Source of the DNA: Bacteroidetes bacterium CG2_30_32_10
GTDB lineage: Bacteria; Bacteroidota; Bacteroidia; Bacteroidales; CG2-30-32-10
Direction: 5' to 3'
Assembly: GCA_001872995.1 (NCBI GenBank)
Contig: MNXO01000053.1
Span: 1-41,425, forward strand
DNA: 41,425 nucleotides
The stretch's first letter is position 1. Each line of letters begins with the position of its first letter. Position numbers and translations under genes: made by a program. This document shows, piece after piece, positions 1 through 9,564 of this stretch. A model generated the notes under the pieces. It saw only the letters and a list, made by a program, of their open reading frames with translations, searched no databases and was not told the DNA's origin.

Positions 1-975
1 AAACAAAAAATAACTGGAATCGGCATTAAACAACAAATTGAAATTGTAACCGCTAATATTGATTTTGGAAAAGTATTATTAAATAAAACCATTGATACAA
101 TGGCTATTTTATTGGTCAATTCAAGTCAATTTCCTGTAACTATTACTAAAATTGAAAATGATGGTCCCGATACCAAGCAATTTGTTATTCTTGACAATAT
201 CAATTCGTTTACGCTTAATGCAGGTGAAAAAAAATCCTTAAATATTCGTTTTGCTCCTGTTACACGTGGCAAAACAAATGGAAGTATTAACTTCTATCTC
301 CAAGATATTAGTGGTTACATTTCTATTAACTTATTGGGCGAAGGCGATGCTCCCAAAACCTTGACTTTATATGGCAAAGTGTTCGATAATAAATCTCAAT
401 TACCTTTGATTGCAAATGTTCTTTGCTTTGATATTCTCTCAAATCGTGAAATAAAAAAAGTAAAAACCGATGCACAAGGTAATTATTCCTTTACCATCAA
501 CATGGATAGAAATTACAGTTTGATTGTTCAAAAAGATAGTTTTCTGACCGCTTCCGAAAATGTTGATTTGTCTTCAGTTGTTTTGACTGATAAATATGAG
601 AAAAATATTTATTTATCAAAAATAGAATTGGGTTCTTCGGTGAGACTCAATAATATCTTTTTTGACTTTGCAAAAGCCATTATACGACCTGAGTCTTATC
701 CCGATCTTGATAGAATTGTAAAACTACTCAACGATTATCCGAATGCCTCTGTTGAAATTGATGGACATACCGATTTTGTTGGAAATGATACTGACAATAT
801 GCTGCTTTCAAAAAATAGAGCTAAAAGTTGTTTAGATTATATAGTTTCTAAGGGGATTAATATAAAGAGGCTTACTTATAAGGGATTTGGAGAATCTAAA
901 CCCCTTGCCGACAACAATACCGAAGAAGGCAGGAAGTTGAATAGAAGAGTGGAATTTGTAATTATTAAGCTGTAA
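1..975 (+). CDS. OmpA-family outer-membrane/peptidoglycan-associated protein, 5'-truncated by the window edge
   Basis: Frame 1 is open from base 1 with no stop before the ATG at 100, so the gene probably starts upstream of the window. The C-terminal ~110 aa carry OmpA/MotB-type motifs (NNIFFDF..., DGHTDFVGNDTDNMLLSKNRAKS, LNRRVEFVI). The middle region (LYGKVFDNKSQLPL...) resembles a carboxypeptidase-regulatory-like beta-sandwich. Confidence 0.85.
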   Translation, partial: KQKITGIGIKQQIEIVTANIDFGKVLLNKTIDTMAILLVNSSQFPVTITKIENDGPDTKQFVILDNINSFTLNAGEKKSLNIRFAPVTRGKTNGSINFYLQDISGYISINLLGEGDAPKTLTLYGKVFDNKSQLPLIANVLCFDILSNREIKKVKTDAQGNYSFTINMDRNYSLIVQKDSFLTASENVDLSSVVLTDKYEKNIYLSKIELGSSVRLNNIFFDFAKAIIRPESYPDLDRIVKLLNDYPNASVEIDGHTDFVGNDTDNMLLSKNRAKSCLDYIVSKGINIKRLTYKGFGESKPLADNNTEEGRKLNRRVEFVIIKL

Positions 976-1005
976 AGCAAATATGCTTCTTAATGGATTA
1001 ATCAA

Positions 1006-2436
1006 CTATTTCAACACATTTTTATAATGCTGGTAGCGTTCAATAATCTCATAAACAAACTGACAGACATCATCACCTCTGCAATAACCGTTTTTAACAA
1101 CAGGGTCGTTATAATATTTAGGAGTTGCCTTAGAAATTAAGTAAAATTCGACATTATCTTTCCATAAAGTAGGATTTTTACCATATTTTTTAGCAAGTTT
1201 CATGGCATCAATAATATGACCTGGACCAATATTGTATGAAGCAAGAATAAATCTTATACGTTCCTCTTTATTAGGTACTTTTTCGATAAATATTTTATCG
1301 AGATAACCAATATATTTAACTCCAGCAGCAATATTTAATTCAGGACCACAACCAGAGTAAGCTCCATAATTAGCAGCAGTAACTGGCATCAATTGCATTA
1401 GACCATAAGCACCAGCCCAAGAGGTTAAGTTATTCTGAAAACGTGATTCTTGGAATATAAGAGAAGCCAATAACCGCCAATCCCAATCAATATTCTTGCA
1501 ATACTTTTTCAAATACTTATCATAAGGAGATATTTTCCCTCCTTTTATGGAATTATAACCTGTTAAATTGAGCACGGTAGATTTTTTATTCAAAAAATAC
1601 TTGGTATATAAGTTTTTATAATCCTTAGTAGTTTTAAAACCTGCTAACCATATATTTAAAGTATCTAGCAATTTTGTAGATCCTTTTCTAACTGCCCAAG
1701 CAAGATTTTGAGTAAGACTAATAGCAGTTTTAACATCAATATTTGGATAATAGTTTTGATTTACAATGGCAGCGTGCTCATCGCAAACGGTATAATCAAT
1801 TTTCCCATTTGCAACGAGGGTAATTAATTGCTCTGATTCATACTCCTCTGATTCAACAATATGAATAGTGGCACCTATTTCATTCGACAAACTCCTAAGC
1901 CTTTCGTAATATGCAGAATGCTTTTGCACATAGATTGTTTTGTTTGCAAGGTCGGTTTGATTTCGTATTAGTTGTTTTTCAATTTCCTTAGTAGAAAGGG
2001 TTTGCCAATTATCGGGTTTTCGTTGCACAAGAACTTGCTTGGTTTGATTGTATGGGTTGGTAAAATCGACAATTTCCGCTCTATCTTTTGTAATGGTAAG
2101 GTCAATGGCAATAATATCAGACCTTCTGTAAACCAAATCATTTAAACATTGAGCCAAATCAGTGCTAATTTTAAGTTCTAAATCAACATTAAGAAATTTG
2201 GCAAAAGACTGTAGGAGTTCGTATTGGAATCCCATTGGCAAGCCTTTATAAATAAAATAGTTTGTGGAAGTATAATCAGTAGTTGCTATTATTTTCTTCT
2301 TTTTCAGAATTTTATCGAGGTCGTAATAATTTTCATTTACACTGGTTTTTTCATTTTTCTTAAACAAGATAAATCCCAGTGATATCAATACCATGAGTGT
2401 TAAAAGGAGCAAAACATAATGACGTATTTTAGTCAT
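1006..2436 (-). CDS. Membrane-anchored lytic murein transglycosylase, MltF-like (solute-binding-protein family 3 domain plus SLT domain)
   Basis: 476-aa ORF with an N-terminal TM anchor (YVLLLLTLMVLISLGFILF) and a periplasmic-binding-protein-like middle region. The C-terminal SLT catalytic motif is present (IFQESRFQNNLTSWAGAYGLMQLMP ... YNIGPGH). Confidence 0.85.
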   Translation of the reverse strand: MTKIRHYVLLLLTLMVLISLGFILFKKNEKTSVNENYYDLDKILKKKKIIATTDYTSTNYFIYKGLPMGFQYELLQSFAKFLNVDLELKISTDLAQCLNDLVYRRSDIIAIDLTITKDRAEIVDFTNPYNQTKQVLVQRKPDNWQTLSTKEIEKQLIRNQTDLANKTIYVQKHSAYYERLRSLSNEIGATIHIVESEEYESEQLITLVANGKIDYTVCDEHAAIVNQNYYPNIDVKTAISLTQNLAWAVRKGSTKLLDTLNIWLAGFKTTKDYKNLYTKYFLNKKSTVLNLTGYNSIKGGKISPYDKYLKKYCKNIDWDWRLLASLIFQESRFQNNLTSWAGAYGLMQLMPVTAANYGAYSGCGPELNIAAGVKYIGYLDKIFIEKVPNKEERIRFILASYNIGPGHIIDAMKLAKKYGKNPTLWKDNVEFYLISKATPKYYNDPVVKNGYCRGDDVCQFVYEIIERYQHYKNVLK

Positions 2437-2484
2437 CGAATTATGATTTATATAATGGAAAGCAAGATAAGCATAAATATTAAA

Positions 2485-3339
2485 TTATGCTAATGCAATG
2501 ATTAAAATTGCAGCCAATGCCAATAAAATTCCCAACCAATTGGTTTTTGATAGTTTTTCTCGAAAAATAAAATAACCAACAAGTGCAGCAATGCAAACAA
2601 TACTCACATTGAAAACAGGGAAAAATACAGAGCTTTGGAAATGCGATAATCCTTTTACAAAGAAATAAGAGGACGCATAGTTTAATAAACCCAAAATAAT
2701 TCCTGCTGCTATGTTTTTTATTTTAAGCATTCGATTATTTTTACGTAAATCAACGAATAACACAATAACACCTATTATAAAGCTGAACAAAAAAGCCGTT
2801 GATAAAAACAATTCTGTTTCATCCCCAATATAGAACTTTTGAGAATGTTTTAACAAAGAATCGTTAGAGCCATTGCCCAAAAATAACAACAAAGGCAATA
2901 AAATGTATTTTTTGTTCAACTTAACATTTTCTTCCTTTTTAAAAGTGAGATAAAAAGCCAATAATGAAATAATAATGCCTGAAATTATCCATATATTAAC
3001 AACATCATGATAAAATATTATCCCAATAATTACTGGTATTACAACAGACATTTTACTTGAAACGGCAGTGATTGCTACGCCAGCTTTTTGTGATGACAAT
3101 GCAAAAACATTAAAAACTAATATAAGTGTAATTCCCACAATCAAGGCAAAAGGAAACCAAGTGGCGACAATTATCGCATGGATAGAAATAACTCCAGTTG
3201 CAGTAACAAAACCAAGTATAGCCGCTATTGCATAATTTGCAGTAATAGCTTGAATATTGTTAATTTTATATCTATCGAAAAGTTTAAATGTAACAACAAT
3301 AGCAGAAGAAGTGAGAATGGCAAGTATTAAATAGAGCAT
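2485..3339 (-). CDS. EamA/DMT-superfamily permease
   Basis: 284-aa highly hydrophobic ORF with about 10 predicted TM segments arranged as two similar halves, typical of drug/metabolite transporter (EamA) proteins. It lies 9 nt downstream of ribD on the same strand. Confidence 0.75.
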   Translation of the reverse strand: MLYLILAILTSSAIVVTFKLFDRYKINNIQAITANYAIAAILGFVTATGVISIHAIIVATWFPFALIVGITLILVFNVFALSSQKAGVAITAVSSKMSVVIPVIIGIIFYHDVVNIWIISGIIISLLAFYLTFKKEENVKLNKKYILLPLLLFLGNGSNDSLLKHSQKFYIGDETELFLSTAFLFSFIIGVIVLFVDLRKNNRMLKIKNIAAGIILGLLNYASSYFFVKGLSHFQSSVFFPVFNVSIVCIAALVGYFIFREKLSKTNWLGILLALAAILIIALA

Positions 3340-3348
3340 TGTTATGTT

Positions 3349-4404
3349 TTACAAATTATTATTAACACTTTTGTAAACGAGTAAGCGCTCTCCATTAATT
3401 AATTCATCTGTAAATAACGACCCCTTGATAGTAGGAGCAGCAATACCGTTATTAAAGCATTTATTTCCTATAAAAAACCTTGCTTCATCCCATAAATATT
3501 TGTCAATAAAGGATTTTAGCAAATAACTACCACCTTCTACAATCAGTGATTGAATTTTTATTTCATACAAGTGCGTTAATATTTGTTCTATGACATTTTC
3601 AGCAAAATTAATAGCAATATATGTTATATTTTCTTTTGATTTAACTTGTTTTTCGGTGAAGACAATCGTTGCTATTTGTTGATTAAATAAATTGTAGGTT
3701 AAAGGTATTGATAAATCTCTATCAATTACAATCCTTAGTGGAGATTTGCCAAACCATTCTCTAGCATTTAGCGATGGATTATCTAATAGAGCAGTATTTG
3801 TGCCTACCATGATTGCTTGCTCCTCAGTTCTCCATTTGTGAACAAGCATTTTAAGATTTTCGTTTGTAATCCAATTGGGTTTTAAAGCCGCATTGGCTTC
3901 TCTCTTAATATCAATAAAACCATCAAGTGTTTGTGCCCATTTCAAAATAATATATGGTCGTTTCTTTTCCTGAAAAGTGAAGAATCTTTTATTGAGTTCT
4001 CTACTTTCTTTCTCTAATATTCCCACATCAACTTTGCAACCCGCATTTTTAAGTTTATTGATTCCTTTACCAGACACTTCAGAAAAGGAATCGACGCAAC
4101 CAATAATAACTTCAGGTATTTTGTTTTCAATAATTAAATCGGCACAAGGTGGGGTTTTGCCATAATGAGCACAAGGCTCTAAATTGACATATAGCCTCGA
4201 TTGTTTTAGAAGTTCTTTATTTTTTACGCTATTAATGGCATTCACTTCGGCATGTGCTTCTCCATATTTGGCATGGTAGCCTTCGCCAATAATAACATCA
4301 TTGCAAACGATAACACAACCAACCATTGGATTTGGAGCAACATTGCATATTCCGTTTTTAGCTATTTCTAAACAACGGTGCATATAAAATTCTTCTTTGC
4401 TCAT
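3349..4404 (-). CDS. ribD: Bifunctional riboflavin biosynthesis protein RibD (pyrimidine deaminase / uracil reductase)
   Basis: CMP/dCMP deaminase zinc motifs are present (HAEVNAI, PCAHYGKTPPCADLII). A C-terminal RibD reductase domain follows (ILKWAQTLDGFI..., VEGGSYLLKSF). Confidence 0.93.
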   Translation of the reverse strand: MSKEEFYMHRCLEIAKNGICNVAPNPMVGCVIVCNDVIIGEGYHAKYGEAHAEVNAINSVKNKELLKQSRLYVNLEPCAHYGKTPPCADLIIENKIPEVIIGCVDSFSEVSGKGINKLKNAGCKVDVGILEKESRELNKRFFTFQEKKRPYIILKWAQTLDGFIDIKREANAALKPNWITNENLKMLVHKWRTEEQAIMVGTNTALLDNPSLNAREWFGKSPLRIVIDRDLSIPLTYNLFNQQIATIVFTEKQVKSKENITYIAINFAENVIEQILTHLYEIKIQSLIVEGGSYLLKSFIDKYLWDEARFFIGNKCFNNGIAAPTIKGSLFTDELINGERLLVYKSVNNNL

Positions 4405-4421
4405 CTTTTTGTTGAAAACAA

Positions 4422-6377
4422 TTAAACAATATCACCTTCAATTTTTGCAGTTGGTTTTATTATTTTAATAAGTTTACCATTTGGCGAAATTCCTTTACGA
4501 CATTGAGAATATTGTGGTTTAATAAAATTTACATAATACATATCCATCTCTTTTATGTTTTTAACTGCCATTTTACCACGATAAGTACAATCAAAATATT
4601 CCTTAATAGCCTCATAAGTAGCACCAGAAACATTTACCATACCAACTTCACTACCCGATTCCATCCTGCTTGCAGTATTTACAGTATCTCCCCATATATC
4701 GTAAGCAAATTTCTTTTTACCAACAACGCCTGCAATAACTTTACCTGTGTGAATTCCTATTCGCAATTCCCACAATATTTCTTTTTTTTCTTCTTTAATA
4801 ATGTTGCATTCATTAACAAATTGCTGAAATTCTAATGCTGCTAATACTGCTTCCGTTGGATTTGTTGTATTTGGATTTGGAATACCTCCAACACACATAT
4901 AGCAATCGCCTATAGTTTTAATCTTTTCTAGATTATATTTGCTAATTATCTCATCAAATTTGATAAAATATTTATCGAGTTCTGCAATAAGTATTTCTGG
5001 TGCAATCATTTCAGTTATTTGAGAAAACCCTTTGAAATCGGCAAACATAACCGACACCATATTGTAATGCCTTACTGTTGCTTTGCCTTTATTTTTTAAT
5101 TCCTCTGCAATATCAAAGGGCAAAATATTTAGAAGCAGTGTTTCCGATTGCATCTTCTCCCAAAAAATGAGGTCTTTCTGAGTATTTAGTTCTTTGATTG
5201 ACTTACGTTTTTGATTGTATGCGTAAATGCTTATTAATAACAATGTAAGAATGATAAAGAAACTGATCAAAAAAGCTTTTATCAATGTTAGATTCTGTTT
5301 TAGTCTTAAATCAATGATCACGTTTTGATTTGTCAAAACTTTTATTTCCTTTTCGCTATTTTCTTTTTCATAATCGAATTGCATCTGAAATATTTGTTTG
5401 CTGGTTTCAGCAGTAATACTGTCTTTGAGATTGTTATATAAAATATGATATTTTAAAGCTTCTTTGAAGTCAGACAGTCCGTAATAAGCATTAAATAAGT
5501 TATTGTAGGAAGATAAAAGATTTATTTTATCGCCAATTGTGGTTGCTAATGTGTATGATTTGTTATGATAATCAATGCTTTTACTGTAATTTCCATTTAG
5601 CGAATAAGTAATACCAATGTTTTCATAAGTGCTTATTAGCCCTCTTATATCATTTAATTGATTAAAAATGGTTTCTGCTTTTTTAAAATAATCAATCGCA
5701 ATAAAAAATTTAAAATCGTACCTATACCAAATTCCTAAGTGAACATAAGATTGGGCAATTTTAATAGAATCTCCGATTTGTCTTGATAAATTGAGGGCTT
5801 TGCTAAAGCTTTCTAATGATTTCGATTTGTTCATTCTAAGTATATGAATTTCTCCAATACCCAAAAGCATATCAATGATACCTTCTTTGTAATTTAAGGT
5901 TTGATAAATTTTATATGCTTCATTATACTTTATTAATGCTTCATTATTATTTTTTTGGTTAAAATAGATGTCTCCAATATTGGCTAATGCTTTGGCTGAT
6001 TCGTATTTTGAATGGACCAACTGACAGTATTGCAAAGCTCTCATCGAATAATTAAATGCCAAGGTGAAGTTGCCTTGGTTTTTGGAAACAATACCGAGAT
6101 TATTTAAAGAAGCAATGATGCCATTGATTGAATTGTTTATTAATGCGATTTTGTAGGCAGAGTCTGCATAATAATAAGATTTTGCATCCGATTCGGCAAC
6201 ATACAATTCGCTGAGTTGATTGTATATTTCAATGCGTTCAATTTCATCAACTAATTTGCTATGCGTTTCAAGACTATCAATAATGCTTTTATTGGCAGCA
6301 TATCCATATATACTACTTAATGTAAATACTAAATAAAATGATATTTTAAGAATACTATTTTTTGTTTTACATAACAT
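4422..6377 (-). CDS. TPR-repeat sensor fused to a class III adenylate/guanylate cyclase
   Basis: Architecture is an N-terminal signal/TM segment, ~330 aa of TPR-like repeats (NLGIVSKNQGNF..., NIGDIYFNQKN..., NIGITYSLNGNY...), a coiled coil, a second TM (LIKAFLISFFIILTLLLISIYAY), then the cyclase domain. Cyclase motifs: VMFADFKGFSQ, GDCYMCVGG, RIGIHTGKVIAGVVGKKKFAYDIWGDTVNTASRMES. Confidence 0.85.
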   Translation of the reverse strand: MLCKTKNSILKISFYLVFTLSSIYGYAANKSIIDSLETHSKLVDEIERIEIYNQLSELYVAESDAKSYYYADSAYKIALINNSINGIIASLNNLGIVSKNQGNFTLAFNYSMRALQYCQLVHSKYESAKALANIGDIYFNQKNNNEALIKYNEAYKIYQTLNYKEGIIDMLLGIGEIHILRMNKSKSLESFSKALNLSRQIGDSIKIAQSYVHLGIWYRYDFKFFIAIDYFKKAETIFNQLNDIRGLISTYENIGITYSLNGNYSKSIDYHNKSYTLATTIGDKINLLSSYNNLFNAYYGLSDFKEALKYHILYNNLKDSITAETSKQIFQMQFDYEKENSEKEIKVLTNQNVIIDLRLKQNLTLIKAFLISFFIILTLLLISIYAYNQKRKSIKELNTQKDLIFWEKMQSETLLLNILPFDIAEELKNKGKATVRHYNMVSVMFADFKGFSQITEMIAPEILIAELDKYFIKFDEIISKYNLEKIKTIGDCYMCVGGIPNPNTTNPTEAVLAALEFQQFVNECNIIKEEKKEILWELRIGIHTGKVIAGVVGKKKFAYDIWGDTVNTASRMESGSEVGMVNVSGATYEAIKEYFDCTYRGKMAVKNIKEMDMYYVNFIKPQYSQCRKGISPNGKLIKIIKPTAKIEGDIV

Positions 6378-6387
6378 AAAGCTTCAT

Positions 6388-9300
6388 CTATAGAATATTC
6401 GTTTTACTTTTCTTGATAGCATTGTAAACAACCTGATGAATATTAGAACGAATATCCATTGTAGTAATTTTTACATTTTTTGCATCTGGATAAACCCTAT
6501 TAGAAAGGAAAATATAAATAAAATTTTCTTTAGGTTCAACCCAAAAATAAGTTCCTGTAAATCCGGAATGTCCATAACTTAGTGTAGAGGTGCTTTCGCA
6601 AGTTTGTTTTTTTGAAGGGACACTATTCAAAGGTTTATCAAAACCCAACGCTCTCCTATTGTGTTTTTCGGGATATTGATAACTGGTAAACTCATTAATG
6701 GTTGATTTTTCAATATAATCTTTATCCGCATATACACCAAATTGAAGAAACATTTGCAAAAGCTTTGCCAAATCGTTTGCATTAGAAAACAATCCTGCAT
6801 GACCACAAACACCACCCAACATTGCTGCACCAGGGTCATCTACATATCCTTGCAAAAGTTGTTTTCTAAACGAAGTGTCCATTTCTGTTGGAGCTATTCT
6901 TTCTTTGGGGAAATAATTTAAAGGACGATAACACATAGTTGCCATTCCCATTGGTTTATAAAAGTTTTCAAATGTATATTGTTCCAAAGGTTCATTGGTT
7001 ATTGATTCTATAATTTTCATCAATAAATAAAACCCTAAATCACTGTATAAATAAGTGTTGTTAGTTCGCAAAGGCGATTCTATAATTCTTTTAAAAATAG
7101 TATCGGTATAATCTTTTTTAATATATATGTTTTCGGCTACTTTAACAGAAAAAACGTCGGAATAGCTTGTCCTATAAATTGAAGTATCGAGTTTTCCACT
7201 TAAAATTGTTTGTAAGTAAAATGGAATCCATGCTTTTAACTTTGCCTGATGAGCCATTACCTTTCTGATTGAAAGATTTTCTTTATTACTGCCCTTAAGA
7301 GAAGGCAAATAATCGCCAAGTGTTTTGTCAATATTGATTTTGCGTTCATCATATAGTTTCATTACAGATACAGTAGTCGCTGCAATTTTAGTAATTGAGG
7401 CTAGATCATAAATATCAGCATTAGTAACAGGTCTTGTTTTCTCATAAGTAAAAAAACCAAAGGATTTTTGATAAAAAACCTTGTTATCTTTTACCAACAT
7501 TATTTGACAGCCAGGAAAAGCGGTGTCTTTAATGCCATTTAACACAATTGAATCAATCTCTTTAAGGTCAAGTGATGCAATGTTTAACTCTTCTGGAACG
7601 GTATATTTGAAACGAAAAATGTCTTTGGTTTGAATTCCTGTATTTAATGGAAATTGGAAAGAAGCGGTAACTGGCAATTTTCCTTTTGATTCAATTCCTC
7701 CAAAAATAATTTGTGCTGATATATCCTGCGATATATCTTTGTCTTGATAAGATATAAGAAGAGCTTCTATGTTTTGAGTATTATATAAACTTTGCAAACA
7801 ATACGGGGAAGCAAAAATGTCAAGAATGATTTTATTCTTATTTTTTATTTGATTAATTAAATCAATTACTTTAGAAGTAACTCCATAATTATTTTTAAGC
7901 GAATTGTTGGTTTTATGAACACTAACAATGGTTAAATTATAAGCTGCCAGCTTATTAATCAGATTATCTATTTGTTCCTTTGTAGGAGTTAATGAAATGG
8001 AAAACATATCAACCTGCATATAATCGTAAAGTCTTTTTTGAAAAGTATTTTGAATAGTATCTCCAATTAAAACTGAAGCTAATTTTAAGGTATCAATATT
8101 TTTTATGGGTAAAATACCATTTCTATTAATCAATAACGTAATAGCATTTTCATAAAGCCTTCTATTGATTAATTTTGCTTTATTCGAATTTAAATCTTCA
8201 ATGATATTCTTAATCTCTATAGGTTTAAAAGTTTGTAAGCCATGTTTTTTCTTATATAAAAGAATTTTTTTGCATTTCTTTTCAATATCAGCTTTAGAAA
8301 GCTCGCCTTGTGTAATTGCTTTTTTAATTTGATGAATAGTGGTTGGAATATCTTGAGGCATCAGCAAAATATCATTTCCTGCTTCTAATGCTTTTACTTC
8401 GAGCATTCCTGACTCATTAAAATTAGTAACACCTTGCATCCCTAAAGCATCAGTAATAACCAATCCTTTGAAGTTTAATTTTTCTTTTAGTAATCCTGTA
8501 ATTATATTCTTAGATATAGTAGAAGCGTTGTTTTTTGCGGTATCAAAAGCAGGTATATATAAATGCCCAACCATTACCCCGTTAACATTGTTTTTTATTA
8601 ATTCTTTAAAAGGGTATAAATCTACTGAGTCAATTCGAGTTACAGTATTTTTGATAATAGGCAAATCAAAATGCGAATCAGTATCGGTATCTCCATGACC
8701 AGGAAAATGCTTTGCAGTAGCTATAATTCCTCCATCTTGCATCCCTTTCATATAGGAAAGACCTTTTAATGCCACATTGATTTTGTCTTCACCAAAAGAA
8801 CGAGAACCAATAACAGGGTTCAATGGATTGCTATTAACATCAACCACAGGTGCAAAATTAATATTTACCCCAATTCGTTTACATTGTCTTGCTATTTCAA
8901 CACCCATGTCATAAATCAGTTGGTTGTCCTGAATAGCTCCTAAAGTCATTGCTTTAGGAAATTCTACGGTGCTATCTAAACGCATCGCAAGACCCCATTC
9001 TGCATCAATAGCAACAAGCATAGGAATTTTGGAAACACTTTGCCAGAGATTAGTTAGGTTTGCTTGCCTAACAGGTCCTCCTTGAAAAAAGCAAATACCT
9101 CCAATCTTGAATGTCTGGATAAGATTGGATATATTTTTTACATACGTTTCATCATCACCTTTGTTTGAATATACATTAATCATTATCAATTGACCAATTT
9201 GTTCATCCAAAGTCATAGAATTGTAAATAGAATCTACCCAAAGACTATCGTTAAGCCTATTCTCTTTTGATTTATTTATAATCTTTTCGCAAAAGGGCTT

Positions 9301-9411
9301 TAAATCAGCGATTCTTAATTTTCCACATTTAGGAATAAAACTGGTATCGCCCCACAAAAAGAAACTCCAAGAAAGAATAAATACGCTAATAACTATTTTA
9401 TATATCTTCAT
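6388..9411 (-). CDS. Secreted fusion protein: GH3 beta-N-acetylhexosaminidase (NagZ-like) N-terminal half plus beta-lactamase-fold serine hydrolase C-terminal half
   Basis: 1007-aa ORF with a signal peptide. GH3 motifs are present (KHFPGHGDTDTDSHFDLP, VITDALGMQG). The C-terminal ~380 aa has the serine-hydrolase SxxK motif (DLASITKIAATT), a YSD/YxN-like motif and HSGFTG (a KTG-box analogue). Confidence 0.85.
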   Translation of the reverse strand: MKIYKIVISVFILSWSFFLWGDTSFIPKCGKLRIADLKPFCEKIINKSKENRLNDSLWVDSIYNSMTLDEQIGQLIMINVYSNKGDDETYVKNISNLIQTFKIGGICFFQGGPVRQANLTNLWQSVSKIPMLVAIDAEWGLAMRLDSTVEFPKAMTLGAIQDNQLIYDMGVEIARQCKRIGVNINFAPVVDVNSNPLNPVIGSRSFGEDKINVALKGLSYMKGMQDGGIIATAKHFPGHGDTDTDSHFDLPIIKNTVTRIDSVDLYPFKELIKNNVNGVMVGHLYIPAFDTAKNNASTISKNIITGLLKEKLNFKGLVITDALGMQGVTNFNESGMLEVKALEAGNDILLMPQDIPTTIHQIKKAITQGELSKADIEKKCKKILLYKKKHGLQTFKPIEIKNIIEDLNSNKAKLINRRLYENAITLLINRNGILPIKNIDTLKLASVLIGDTIQNTFQKRLYDYMQVDMFSISLTPTKEQIDNLINKLAAYNLTIVSVHKTNNSLKNNYGVTSKVIDLINQIKNKNKIILDIFASPYCLQSLYNTQNIEALLISYQDKDISQDISAQIIFGGIESKGKLPVTASFQFPLNTGIQTKDIFRFKYTVPEELNIASLDLKEIDSIVLNGIKDTAFPGCQIMLVKDNKVFYQKSFGFFTYEKTRPVTNADIYDLASITKIAATTVSVMKLYDERKINIDKTLGDYLPSLKGSNKENLSIRKVMAHQAKLKAWIPFYLQTILSGKLDTSIYRTSYSDVFSVKVAENIYIKKDYTDTIFKRIIESPLRTNNTYLYSDLGFYLLMKIIESITNEPLEQYTFENFYKPMGMATMCYRPLNYFPKERIAPTEMDTSFRKQLLQGYVDDPGAAMLGGVCGHAGLFSNANDLAKLLQMFLQFGVYADKDYIEKSTINEFTSYQYPEKHNRRALGFDKPLNSVPSKKQTCESTSTLSYGHSGFTGTYFWVEPKENFIYIFLSNRVYPDAKNVKITTMDIRSNIHQVVYNAIKKSKTNIL

Positions 9412-9473
9412 TCAATTAAAATCTATCTTTTGAATATTAGTTTACTTTAAATTGCAATTCAAATACTATTTTT

Positions 9474-9481
9474 CAAAAATA
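9474..9481 (-). promoter_or_regulatory. Candidate Bacteroidota sigma-A -7 box (TATTTTTG on the minus strand) upstream of the GH3 fusion gene
   Basis: Plus-strand CAAAAATA is the reverse complement of TAnnTTTG. It sits 63 nt upstream of the start codon at 9411. Motif match only. Confidence 0.3.
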
Positions 9482-9564
9482 ATACTTATTTTGCTTCCAT
9501 TGATATAAAGTATGTGTTTTTTTTTGATTTTTAATTAATGAATAACAAAGGATTATTCCTGATG

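Noticed and set aside
4405-4421. An FMN riboswitch would be expected upstream of ribD.
   Set aside because: Only 17 nt separate ribD from the upstream cyclase gene, which leaves no room for an aptamer. ribD appears to be read through from upstream.
9412-9564. Possible small RNA or terminator between glpK and the GH3 fusion gene.
   Set aside because: Only a 4-bp AGGA/TCCT stem is present, with no stable hairpin or U-tract. The region is better explained as a promoter for the downstream cluster.
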